A DNA stretch of 64,000 nucleotides, taken from the IMG/VR virus record IMGVR_UViG_3300025735_000004, positions 17,710 through 81,709 of that record. The stretch is one strand, 5' to 3'. The position numbers and the translations under genes were made by a program. Below the pieces are notes generated by a model. The model saw only the letters and a list, made by a program, of their open reading frames with translations, was not told the origin of the DNA and searched no databases. The DNA is from a virus. Lineage: Duplodnaviria > Caudoviricetes. Shown here piece by piece: positions 26,450 to 35,104 of the stretch (position 1 is its first letter; every line of letters begins with the position of its first letter).

Positions 26450-27292
26450 ATGCAACGCGCCCTTAGCCGTAACTTCGCTCACAACGCCAACTCGCTGCGC
26501 AGCGAAATCGCCCTCACCGACGACCAGATTTTCCGGGTCGCCCCCTCGATCTTTGCGCAGGAACCACACGGCTCCCGCAGCGAACGCTATGCCTACATCC
26601 CGACCATCGACGTGCTCAACGGCCTGCGCAAGGAAGGCTTCGAACCCTTCGCCGTGGTGCAGTCCAAGTGCCGGCTGGAAGGTAAGAGTGAGTTCACCAA
26701 GCACATGATCCGCATGCGCCACGCCAACAACATCCTCGCCCCGCAGGCCAACGAGATCATCCTGCTCAACAGCCACGACGGCACGTCGTCCTATCAGATG
26801 CTGGCCGGGTGTTTCCGCTTCGTCTGCCAGAACGGCATGATTGCCGGCGACATCCTGGAAGACATCCGCATTGGCCACCGCGGTGACGTGATGGGCAACG
26901 TGATCGAGGGTGCCTACACCGTGCTGCAGGGCTTCGACCTGGTGGATGAATCCCGCGAGGTGATGCAACAGACCCGCCTCAGTCAGGAGGAACAGGCGGT
27001 GTTCGCCCGCTCGGCGCTGATGCTGCGCTACGACACCGAAGACGCTGGCAAGGCGCCAATCCAGGCCGACCAGCTGCTGCGGCCACACCGCCGGGAAGAC
27101 ACCGGCACCGACCTGTGGACCACCTTCAACGTCGTGCAAGAGAACGCCTTGAAAGGCGGGCTGCGGGGCCGCACGGCCAACAACCACCGCACCACCACCC
27201 GTGCCGTCACTGGCATCACCCAGGACATGAAACTCAACCAGGCCCTGTGGGCACTGGCCGAGGGCATGCGCCAGCTGAAAGCCGCCGCCTGA
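26450..27292 (+). CDS. DUF932 family protein
   Basis: APSIFA...SRSERY.YIPT..VL..L..EGF.P...KHMIR.R...EIILLNSHDGTSSYQMLAG.FRFVCQNG...DLW.TFN.VQEN...LN.ALW.LAE. Confidence 0.9.
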   Translation: MQRALSRNFAHNANSLRSEIALTDDQIFRVAPSIFAQEPHGSRSERYAYIPTIDVLNGLRKEGFEPFAVVQSKCRLEGKSEFTKHMIRMRHANNILAPQANEIILLNSHDGTSSYQMLAGCFRFVCQNGMIAGDILEDIRIGHRGDVMGNVIEGAYTVLQGFDLVDESREVMQQTRLSQEEQAVFARSALMLRYDTEDAGKAPIQADQLLRPHRREDTGTDLWTTFNVVQENALKGGLRGRTANNHRTTTRAVTGITQDMKLNQALWALAEGMRQLKAAA

Positions 27293-27375
27293 CGGCGGGC
27301 ACGTTGGAACCGGACGCTGCTGGTAGACTGTCGGTCTACCCGCAGCCCCCTCCACCCTTTAAGTGACTCACTGCC

Positions 27376-28002
27376 ATGAGCAAAAAACCGATCGACCCCG
27401 CCCGACTGATCCCCGTCGAGCAACTGCCCGCCCTGCGCCAGCAGGCCGAGGAACAAGCCCACGTCAACGTCGACCGCCTGAACGCCAAGACCCGCAGGGC
27501 GGCGACCTTGGGCGATGACGCGATGGAGATTGCCCGACTGCCCCTCAGTCAGCGCATTCGCTACAACAAACTGGTCAAACTGGTGGATGCGGCCAGCGCC
27601 GACATCATGCCGTTCACCGCCTGCCGCAAGGGGTGCAGCCACTGCTGCAACATCGCGGCGTTGATTTCCGATGTCGAAGCGCAGCGCATTGGCGAAGCGA
27701 TCGGACGCAAACCGGTGAAGACCGGCGCGTTTCCGGCCGATGTCCCCGCGCTGCAGAAGAAATACTTTGGCGTGCCTTGCACCTTCTTGAAGGGCGGGCG
27801 CTGCTCGATCTACGAGGTTCGCCCGCTGGCCTGCCGGCTGCACTTCAGCATGGCCGACGACTCGTTCTTCTGTTCCACCGCGATCGCCCCGCAGAACAGC
27901 CTGGTGCCGGCGCTCAACCTGCAGGGCGTCGACCGGGCGCTGTTTATGATGACGCTCGGGTCGATGCACGCGGACATCCGCGACTTCTTTCCGAAGAGGT
28001 GA
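27376..28002 (+). CDS. YkgJ-family cysteine-cluster (Zn/Fe-S) protein
   Basis: C.KGCS.CC ... C.FL....CSIYE.RP..CR. Confidence 0.85.
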   Translation: MSKKPIDPARLIPVEQLPALRQQAEEQAHVNVDRLNAKTRRAATLGDDAMEIARLPLSQRIRYNKLVKLVDAASADIMPFTACRKGCSHCCNIAALISDVEAQRIGEAIGRKPVKTGAFPADVPALQKKYFGVPCTFLKGGRCSIYEVRPLACRLHFSMADDSFFCSTAIAPQNSLVPALNLQGVDRALFMMTLGSMHADIRDFFPKR

Positions 28003-28005
28003 GGG

Positions 28006-28134
28006 GAGGGGCAAAGGCCGTGTCTGTCCGCTCTGGCTAATCGCGCATCTTTCAGCGCGGTAGACGCAACCCCGTCCGTTCTGCGTGAGTGCCGGCTTAT
28101 GGGGAGAATTCGTCCGGCAGCACCTTTGCCCCTC
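28006..28134. other. Multi-branched inverted-repeat structure
   Basis: 12-bp closing stem gaggggcaaagg/cctttgcccctc enclosing three shorter hairpins. Confidence 0.45.
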
Positions 28135-28190
28135 GCTACAACTCTAGGCCAACCTGTCCGGTCGAGCAAAGCACGCCGACAGGCGCTTTC

Positions 28191-28238
28191 CATGAACTCA
28201 TAATTCACTATTCACATATATGAATTGCGTATTCATGG
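28191..28238. repeat. Heptad array no. 8, upstream of parA (candidate centromere/operator)
   Basis: catgaac tcataat tcactat tcacata tatgaat tgcgtat tcatgg. Confidence 0.75.
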
Positions 28239-28305
28239 TGCGGACACTAGGCTCACCACCGGTACTGTGTACCAATGGGTTTTAAAACTGGTGAGGGCCT
28301 TTTTT

Positions 28306-28947
28306 ATGAACGTCGTAATTGGCAGCAACAAGGGCGGGGTCAGCAAGTCAACCACCTGCATGAATCTTGCGATTGGTCTGACGCTTAGAGGCAAGGACGT
28401 GATCGTGCTCGACGCCGATGGACAGGGGAGTAGCAACCGCTGGCACGACAACCGGGAAGCCGCCAAACGTCACCCGATGGTCCCGCTCGCACAGAAATAC
28501 GGGAACCTGGTGAACACCGTCACCAGCCTGGCCGACAAGTACGAGCATGTGTTGATCGACACGGCTGGGCACAACAGCGCGGAACTGATCACGTCGATGT
28601 GCGTGGCGGATATTGTGATCGTCCCGCTCCATTGCAGTGATCTGGACATCGACACGCTCAAGCGGTTGCGCAAGCAATATGCCGAGATTTCGGCGTCGAA
28701 CCCGAAGTTGCGCGTGCTGATCTATCAGACGTTCGGCACCACCCACTCCAAAGGCAGGATCACCGAGCGTGCGGAATTCCTCGAAGAACTGCTGGCGTAC
28801 CCGGAGTTTGAAGTGCTGAACAGCGTCGGGCGCTACCGCAAAAGCTACATAGACTGCATCAAGAAGGGGCTGTCGGTGCTGGAGTCCCGCGACATCGAAG
28901 CCAAACAAGAAATCAACGAATTACTAGACGAGGTGTTTTATGGCTAA
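28306..28947 (+). CDS. parA: ParA partition ATPase (short, type Ib-like)
   Basis: Deviant Walker A KGGVSKST, LDADGQGS, LIDTAG, ADIVIVP; no N-terminal HTH. Confidence 0.92.
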   Translation: MNVVIGSNKGGVSKSTTCMNLAIGLTLRGKDVIVLDADGQGSSNRWHDNREAAKRHPMVPLAQKYGNLVNTVTSLADKYEHVLIDTAGHNSAELITSMCVADIVIVPLHCSDLDIDTLKRLRKQYAEISASNPKLRVLIYQTFGTTHSKGRITERAEFLEELLAYPEFEVLNSVGRYRKSYIDCIKKGLSVLESRDIEAKQEINELLDEVFYG

Positions 28948-29185
28948 GGCAGAGGCGGTGAAAACCACTGCGCAAATCGCTGGGGACTTGGCCAAACGCT
29001 TGGCCGGCGCGGTCGGGGACGGCGAGAAGGACATCCCGGCCTCGATCACCATCAGCTTACCGAAGTCAATGATCCGCGCACTGGAGGCCCGCCGTCTGGA
29101 GAACAAGGACGCCGCCGCCGGGCCGAAAACCATCAGCGGGCTGATCAAGGCCGCGCTGGAAAAAGACGGCTACGGGGTGCTGTGA
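28940..29185 (+). CDS. ParA partner, probable RHH centromere-binding protein
   Basis: 81 aa overlapping the parA end; flexible N-terminus then strand ITISLP and two helices. Confidence 0.65.
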   Translation: MAKAEAVKTTAQIAGDLAKRLAGAVGDGEKDIPASITISLPKSMIRALEARRLENKDAAAGPKTISGLIKAALEKDGYGVL

Positions 29186-29637
29186 CCATGAACCCGGGAT
29201 TGAAGACACACATCATGGACGACATCGCCCGCAGCGGATTCACCACGCTCGCGTCGAACGACCCGGCAGGGTGGATCGCTCACACCGTGGGCTTGACCGA
29301 CCGGGGGCACCCGGAAATCCTGATCAGTGGGCTGCGCGGGGATTACTGTCACAGGGTGTTCTGGACTGCCTATGAAGCGATCATGGAAGGCCGACACTTC
29401 AAGGCTGGGCAGTTGGACGACACGCTGGGCAACCTGACTTGCGCCTTCAAGACGCTGAGCCCGGCCGCGGCCAAAAAGTTCTGCGGGCAGGCGCAAGCGT
29501 TCTACGCCGGCACGTCGAAGACGCCGACCTTTGTGCAACTGGTGATGCCGGACAAGGAAGGGCACCTGCCGTGGCAGCCGGGCTACAACGCCGAACTGAT
29601 GAAGGTGCAGCGCCATCTGTGGGTGCAGCTGCACTGA
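29182..29637 (+). CDS. DUF4262-like protein
   Basis: HTVGL...GHPEI..SGL...VQLV.PD..G..PW.PGY. Confidence 0.75.
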   Translation: MTMNPGLKTHIMDDIARSGFTTLASNDPAGWIAHTVGLTDRGHPEILISGLRGDYCHRVFWTAYEAIMEGRHFKAGQLDDTLGNLTCAFKTLSPAAAKKFCGQAQAFYAGTSKTPTFVQLVMPDKEGHLPWQPGYNAELMKVQRHLWVQLH

Positions 29638-29701
29638 TCTTGCTGGCCATCTGCAACCAAGGCAATGTGTGGGGAGTATTCCAAAAACAAGGAAGCCCCC
29701 C

Positions 29702-29920
29702 ATGCGTGCTCCACGCCCCTCCCGCCGCATCACCTACGATCTTTTCCATGTGCAGGGCCTGTACGTTGGCCACGGCTGGGTGTCCCTGCTCAGTACCTTC
29801 GACCGCGACGAAGCGGACGCCTGCCTGCGCAAGCAGCGCGCCAAGAACCCGCTGGTCACCTACCGGATTGAACCCCAGCGCGTGCGCAGCAAGACCGTGC
29901 AAACCGTGGGGCTCAGCTGA
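29702..29920 (+). CDS. Hypothetical protein
   Basis: Starts MRAPRP; translational coupling to the next gene. Confidence 0.55.
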   Translation: MRAPRPSRRITYDLFHVQGLYVGHGWVSLLSTFDRDEADACLRKQRAKNPLVTYRIEPQRVRSKTVQTVGLS

Positions 29921-30174
29921 TGGCGGCCCGGTATAGCGCAGTTGACGCCGTGCTGCTGATCGTCCTCGCCGCCCGCATCCACAAGACCGACGCCGCCGTG
30001 CGCACCGTGGCCCGCAATATCGTCAAGCAGTTGCCGGTTGCTGACCGCCCCGGCGTGCGCAAGATCATGACCAGCCGGTACCCGCTACGAGTGGCCGAAC
30101 TGCTGCTCGACTGCTGGGCGCTGGTGCATGGCGAAGAACCACCCCAACCACCCGACAAGGGAGCGACACCATGA
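29920..30174 (+). CDS. Hypothetical protein
   Basis: TGATG overlap. Confidence 0.6.
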   Translation: MAARYSAVDAVLLIVLAARIHKTDAAVRTVARNIVKQLPVADRPGVRKIMTSRYPLRVAELLLDCWALVHGEEPPQPPDKGATP

Positions 30175-30650
30175 AACGTGACATCCAACCACCTACCCAT
30201 GAACAAGCCTGCGCCGTGCTGCGCTTCGCCAAAAGCAACGGGCTCGCCTGGAAACGCGCCTTGGCTGAACACTGGATGAACGAGTGTTCAGCGCACCGCC
30301 TGACCGACGCCGACCGGGCGCTGCTGCGCCAGGCGCGCAACCAGTGCGGCCCGCTGTGGCTGGAACAGGTCCGAGTGCCAGAGCTGACCGCGACCTGTGT
30401 GCTGCCCACCATGAAGGTCTGCGCGATCCTTGCGAAAACCCACTACGGGGTGACGCCCGCTGACCTGGGCATTGAAGACCGCGAGCTGATCGCCTGCATC
30501 CTGGAAGGGGAGAGCCTGGTGGAGGTGATCAACCGGCCGGCGCAGAAGTACGAACTGGCCCGCCTCGACAAGTCGCAATGGGGCGTACCCTCCACCGACC
30601 CGCTCAACGACGAGGATCTGGCCGCCGCGATCGCGCAAGTTAACGCCTGA
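30171..30650 (+). CDS. Hypothetical two-module phage protein
   Basis: FA...G..WK..L...W......L.Q.RN..GP.WL module. Confidence 0.7.
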   Translation: MKRDIQPPTHEQACAVLRFAKSNGLAWKRALAEHWMNECSAHRLTDADRALLRQARNQCGPLWLEQVRVPELTATCVLPTMKVCAILAKTHYGVTPADLGIEDRELIACILEGESLVEVINRPAQKYELARLDKSQWGVPSTDPLNDEDLAAAIAQVNA

Positions 30651-30729
30651 TTTATGGCTTTCTAACATCGGGTTTGGGAACCCCGACTATCGTTAAATAA
30701 CGAAGTCGCAAGTTGATCGGAGAATCGAC

Positions 30730-30981
30730 GTGCATGTAGTCAGTAAAAAGCGGTGGCAGATCGAGACAGGCTGTGTCGACTTCACCGAAACCGTCATTCA
30801 ATGCGCCGATTTCCCTGCTGTGCTGGCCGCGCTTACCGGCTACCGCCTGCAGAACGGAGCACCCCCTGTAGATCCGCGAATCTTGTTCGGGTTATTTGAC
30901 CCGAAGGTTCAAACCTGCCCGGTCGCCCTGTGGGCCACCGATGGGCTGGCGGACAGCGTCACGATCCACCGGCTGCACTAG
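30730..30981 (+). CDS. Hypothetical protein
   Basis: GTG start with ggag RBS. Confidence 0.5.
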   Translation: MHVVSKKRWQIETGCVDFTETVIQCADFPAVLAALTGYRLQNGAPPVDPRILFGLFDPKVQTCPVALWATDGLADSVTIHRLH

Positions 30982-31022
30982 GACATAACTAAACGGCTGA
31001 ATGATCAGCCTTGGAGCCTGAA

Positions 31023-31556
31023 ATGTTCATGATGAATCCATTGGTTTGCGTGGAACCCCCAGTCATTTCCTCCCCAGTCACCCCCCGCGCCGGCACGGCC
31101 ACGCCGTTGACCCTGCGCTTCCTGCGGCGAACCTTGCCGTGCGGAACCGAGATTTTGGGGGTGGCAGTGCAGGTCAAGCATCGTGAACTGATGTACAGCA
31201 TCGTGGCCCTGCCCGGGTTTGAAGGTGGCGGCAGGGATGCGGAAGGCTCAATGATGCCGCGCAGTGTGAGCGCGGCCTACACCCCGAAGCTCTACAACCC
31301 GGAGAGCCAGGCACAGGAACCGGTATGGCCGCCCCTGCTGCCGACCATGCGCCTGGTCAACGGTCATGAGTACACCGACTGGCAGTTCCCGGAAACCTCG
31401 CTGACTCGCCGCCTGGAACGCACCTACGCCGCCGCCGAGCCGCTGCTGCGCCAGCTGTGCAACCTGATTCAGGTCAAGCTGGTCAAGGGCTCACGCAAAC
31501 AGGTGTCCACCACCGTGCTGGTTGAACGGATCAACGAACTGTTGGCCAACGCATGA
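31023..31556 (+). CDS. Hypothetical protein
   Basis: About 177-aa ORF. Confidence 0.6.
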   Translation: MFMMNPLVCVEPPVISSPVTPRAGTATPLTLRFLRRTLPCGTEILGVAVQVKHRELMYSIVALPGFEGGGRDAEGSMMPRSVSAAYTPKLYNPESQAQEPVWPPLLPTMRLVNGHEYTDWQFPETSLTRRLERTYAAAEPLLRQLCNLIQVKLVKGSRKQVSTTVLVERINELLANA

Positions 31557-31565
31557 GGGCTGGGT

Positions 31566-31784
31566 ATGTTCTGGATTCTGCAAGCCAAGACGTTCCTGGA
31601 AGCCTGGTGGGCCAAGCTATTCGCGCTGCGCGATAACTACTACCTGGTCACCCTGGAACAGCCCAACGGGACACGTCGACAGGTGCCGGTGATGGCCGTC
31701 GACGCTGACGCGGCCTACATCTGGCTGGGCCAGCACTACCCGGCAGACGACGTGATCGACGTGCAGCTGCAGAAATGGGGATGA
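31566..31784 (+). CDS. Hypothetical protein
   Basis: 72 aa. Confidence 0.6.
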   Translation: MFWILQAKTFLEAWWAKLFALRDNYYLVTLEQPNGTRRQVPVMAVDADAAYIWLGQHYPADDVIDVQLQKWG

Positions 31785-32182
31785 GCGCCATGGGGTATCC
31801 GTCACGCAACCAGCTCGACCTGTTTCCGCAGCCCGGGAACTACGAGGAAGTCCACGGCGACCTCTACGACCGGCGCACCGGCAAGCGGTTGCGCACCGGT
31901 TACCGTGACGTGTTCTACCAGATCAGCGACGGGCATCAGCTGCGCGCCACGCTGCGGTTTCTGGAGGACGCCGTGGAAGGCCGGCGCTTCGTCTGCATCA
32001 CCGACGAAGGCCGGGCGATCTGCCGGCACTGCATGCGCTCGATGCTGCGTGACCTGCTCTTTGGCCTGCGCCACCCGGAGAGTTACCTGCTCCGGGTGGT
32101 GTCCACCGAACCACGGTACTCAGAACCGCTGTGTTGCGATTGCTGCGACGACGAAATACCCCCGATCGAGGACCGGCCATGA
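31781..32182 (+). CDS. Hypothetical protein with CxxC motifs
   Basis: ICRHC ... CCDCC. Confidence 0.65.
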   Translation: MSAMGYPSRNQLDLFPQPGNYEEVHGDLYDRRTGKRLRTGYRDVFYQISDGHQLRATLRFLEDAVEGRRFVCITDEGRAICRHCMRSMLRDLLFGLRHPESYLLRVVSTEPRYSEPLCCDCCDDEIPPIEDRP

Positions 32183-32448
32183 ACGCACCCCCGCTACCTG
32201 CGCAGATCCTCACCGCCTGTCGAAAAGCTCGCGGGGAGGGGCAGTTCCTGGACATCGACTTTATGCTGCCCTCGGTGCTGTATAACCGCGGCGCCGGCAC
32301 CGAGTTCCACTTTCGGGAAGAGGGGGCACAGACCCTGTTCGACCGCTACCGCCCGGTGGCTGAACAGACCGGCCTGCCTATGAAGGACGTGTTGCTGTGG
32401 GCTGCGCAGGAGTGGGACCTAAGCGGCAGCAAGCTAACACTGGGCTGA
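32179..32448 (+). CDS. Hypothetical protein
   Basis: ATGA overlap. Confidence 0.6.
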   Translation: MNAPPLPAQILTACRKARGEGQFLDIDFMLPSVLYNRGAGTEFHFREEGAQTLFDRYRPVAEQTGLPMKDVLLWAAQEWDLSGSKLTLG

Positions 32449-32609
32449 CCTAACTCAAGAGAAGGGAAACTAGCGGCGAAGTGTAGTCGAAGTTTTCGCC
32501 TGCGCGAGTTTGATGGCGTTTTGTTGTCAAGGGGTTGATATTATTTTAAATGATAGGCACCTTACAGCTCACGGACTGACTGGCAACACAACAATTAGGA
32601 GCCAAACGA

Positions 32610-33227
32610 ATGGCTTTAAATGCGGGATCAGGATTTAGCAAGCTGGCACAAATGGACTCTCAGATACAGGCGGTGATAGCTGCCTACGTTGAAGAACCGA
32701 CCCCCAAACACCAGCCCTTCGTCTCCAAGAAAAAAGAAGCTCGACGCCAGCGAGAGGCCAAGGAGCGAGAGCTAGCCGCGCTCCGTGACGCCCCATTAGA
32801 AGAGTTAATTTTTTCAACGCCCGCCCCTGATCAGCAGCTAACGCTAGCCGCTAAGCAGCAAGCCGAGCGCGATGAACTTGAACAACAGATGCGCTTAGCA
32901 TTGGGCATCGACAGCATTACTCCCGCTAGCGTTACCCCACCGAAACCTAAAGCGAAAGCCGCTATCAAGCCGCTAATTGCTAAGCCTAGTGCTCCGGTTC
33001 CGGTAAAACCCCGCGTTGAATTTAGTTTGCTCAAACGTAGCATCGAAGTGCTGTTGCGCATCCGCCGGCCGGACGGTCTGGAACTGCCGTTCTTTCACGC
33101 AGAGTCCCACGGTAGCCAGCTAGAAGCCGAGCTGGCAGCGGGCCGCAAGGCGCGGGGCTATGGCTTCAAGGTGCTCGCCACGATCAAGATCAGCATCAAA
33201 GAAGAAGTCTGCGAACACCACGCTTAA
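32610..33227 (+). CDS. Hypothetical protein
   Basis: 205 aa after an AT-rich promoter region; aggag RBS; lower GC3. Confidence 0.7.
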   Translation: MALNAGSGFSKLAQMDSQIQAVIAAYVEEPTPKHQPFVSKKKEARRQREAKERELAALRDAPLEELIFSTPAPDQQLTLAAKQQAERDELEQQMRLALGIDSITPASVTPPKPKAKAAIKPLIAKPSAPVPVKPRVEFSLLKRSIEVLLRIRRPDGLELPFFHAESHGSQLEAELAAGRKARGYGFKVLATIKISIKEEVCEHHA

Positions 33228-33243
33228 CAATTAAATCCTGTAC

Positions 33244-33274
33244 CGGGCTGCCGTTTTGGCAGCCCGTTTTATTT
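33244..33274 (+). terminator. Intrinsic terminator
   Basis: cgggctgcc gtttt ggcagcccg ttttattt. Confidence 0.75.
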
Positions 33275-33293
33275 GAGTAGTTAGGAATCGGTC

Positions 33294-33662
33294 ATGTCTA
33301 AACTTGCAGAGTTCCGCGCTGCGGAAGAACAGCTGGGCAAACAACTGGCGGCCTTGGAAGAATTACGAAACGACATCGGCCTCAAGCGTGAATTGGAATT
33401 TGATTCGGCGTTGAAACGCCTGATGGCAGACTACGGCGTGAGCGGCGAAACAGTGGCGATTCTCGTGGGTGTAGAGTCTCGACCTGCGGCAGGTAAAGCC
33501 ACTGGGGGCAAGCGCAAAGTTAACAACCGGGAGGCGGCCAAGACGTTCCTAAACCCGCACACCGGCGAGAGCCTGACGATCAAACGCCTGACCAATTCTA
33601 AGTACAAAGAATGGGCTGCGAAGTACGGCGAAGTCATCGTACACACCTGGCTGCAAGACTAA
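33294..33662 (+). CDS. MvaT/MvaU-like H-NS-family nucleoid protein, copy 1
   Basis: MSKLAEFRAAE..L..QL..LE.L.ND..LK.E.EF...L..LM..YG ... F.NPHTGE ... KEW..KYG...V..WL. Confidence 0.9.
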   Translation: MSKLAEFRAAEEQLGKQLAALEELRNDIGLKRELEFDSALKRLMADYGVSGETVAILVGVESRPAAGKATGGKRKVNNREAAKTFLNPHTGESLTIKRLTNSKYKEWAAKYGEVIVHTWLQD

Positions 33663-33694
33663 TTCCGGCGCTAACTTAATACTAAGGAAGTAAT

Positions 33695-34102
33695 ATGTTT
33701 GAGAAATTCGCCGAGTACACTGCGGCAGAGTTAGCGCTGGCTAAACAAGTTACCGCCCTCGAAGAACTCAAGAACGACCCCGAGCTAAAGCAGGAGTTAG
33801 AGTTCAGCTTTGAGTTAGAGGCCTTGCTGTCCAAGTATTCGTTCAGCAAATCCAAGCTGTACGGCTTCCTTGAGGCGCAGTACGGGGCCGCCAAGGCCGC
33901 TGAAACGAAGGCGCCTAGCCCGGCTAAAGCTGGCAAAGCGAGCAAGGAAAAGGCGGGGTATGAAGGGCATAAAGACAAGCTCTGGACCAACCCGCATACC
34001 GGGGAAGCCGTGAAGTCCAGACGCCGCGACCACAAGACCATCTTGGGGTGGATCGAAAAGCATGGCCTAGAAGAGGTCTTGACCTGGATGAAGCGGCTCT
34101 GA
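33695..34102 (+). CDS. MvaT/MvaU-like H-NS-family nucleoid protein, copy 2
   Basis: LEELKNDPELKQELEF...L..KY ... NPHTGE.V....HKT...W..KHG...V..W. Confidence 0.9.
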   Translation: MFEKFAEYTAAELALAKQVTALEELKNDPELKQELEFSFELEALLSKYSFSKSKLYGFLEAQYGAAKAAETKAPSPAKAGKASKEKAGYEGHKDKLWTNPHTGEAVKSRRRDHKTILGWIEKHGLEEVLTWMKRL

Positions 34103-34332
34103 TGGAAACGGATGACTACATGGCCATCTGGACGGTGTACCTGCGCCCGGCAAACCACCCCGAGATTTACATCGCCCACAAAGAGCTGATTGGTAAGGGG
34201 CATGTGATCAAAACCGGGGTCACTTTAGCGGCAGAAACTCTGGACGCCGTGCGCGACAAACTGCCCTTTGGCCTGATCCTTTTTTGCCGAGCGGAAAGTG
34301 ACGCCCCCGACATCGTGGAGAGCTGGTTATGA
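34102..34332 (+). CDS. Conserved small phage protein
   Basis: TVY..P..HP......D..DIVESWL. Confidence 0.65.
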   Translation: METDDYMAIWTVYLRPANHPEIYIAHKELIGKGHVIKTGVTLAAETLDAVRDKLPFGLILFCRAESDAPDIVESWL

Positions 34333-34763
34333 GCGACATCGATGCGCTGCTGGCCCGCGCCCGCGCCGCGTTGCAGAGGCCGGAACCCACGGTAACCCCG
34401 TTATTTCGGACCCTGCCCAAAGAGGTGCCGGTGCCGATCCCGCGCAGCAACTACGGCGGCGGAAACTCCCGGGATGCGGACAAGTTCGTGGTGCGCATGC
34501 CGGATGACATGCGCGAGCGCATGGCGCGCTTCTCCCGCCTGCATTTCCGCAGCATGAACTCGGAATGTCTGGTGGCGATGGAGTGGTGGATGGATCGGCA
34601 GGCGCTGATGTGGACGATGTTGCAGGCCACCGAGCGCGAGCTGGCCATTCAGGAAAGCATCAGCAAGGGTGCCACCGAGACGGCGCTGGACCTATGGGCC
34701 GAGCGCCATCCCGAGGCGAAGGAAACGATCGAGCAGCTGCGTGCGCTGCTCTACGTGGACTAG
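34329..34763 (+). CDS. Arc-family RHH regulator, AmrZ-like
   Basis: SRDADKFVVRMPDDMRERMA...RSMNSE closely follows the AmrZ/Arc SRTADKFVVRLP...RSMNSE motif. Confidence 0.85.
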   Translation: MSDIDALLARARAALQRPEPTVTPLFRTLPKEVPVPIPRSNYGGGNSRDADKFVVRMPDDMRERMARFSRLHFRSMNSECLVAMEWWMDRQALMWTMLQATERELAIQESISKGATETALDLWAERHPEAKETIEQLRALLYVD

Positions 34764-34831
34764 TCGGTGGACGCACTGCGTTCCGCAACCTGCGTGCGCA
34801 GTGCGTCGGCCTGTTGGTCATTGAGGAAGCC

Positions 34832-34999
34832 GTGAAACAGCAGGAACTGGATGCAGGTCTGCGCCCGGCCAGTGTTCGAATTACTCTCCCACGCGCCATT
34901 GGTGGCGTGCGCTTCTGGCCACGGCTTGACCTTCTTCGCTTGGACAGGGATAGGGGGGTTGCTCACGGCGTTCTCCAGGCCCACAACGGGCTCAGCTGA
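34832..34999 (+). CDS. Possible small ORF (55 aa)
   Basis: GTG start with gagga RBS; otherwise intergenic. Confidence 0.3.
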   Translation: MKQQELDAGLRPASVRITLPRAIGGVRFWPRLDLLRLDRDRGVAHGVLQAHNGLS

Positions 35000-35104
35000 A
35001 AAGAGGGAAGGGCACAAGCCCATCCTAAGTGTGGCAGGGAATCCAGAATCCCAAACCTCTGAACTACGCTCAGGTGATCTAAGACGCCCGAGAAGAGGTG
35101 CCCG

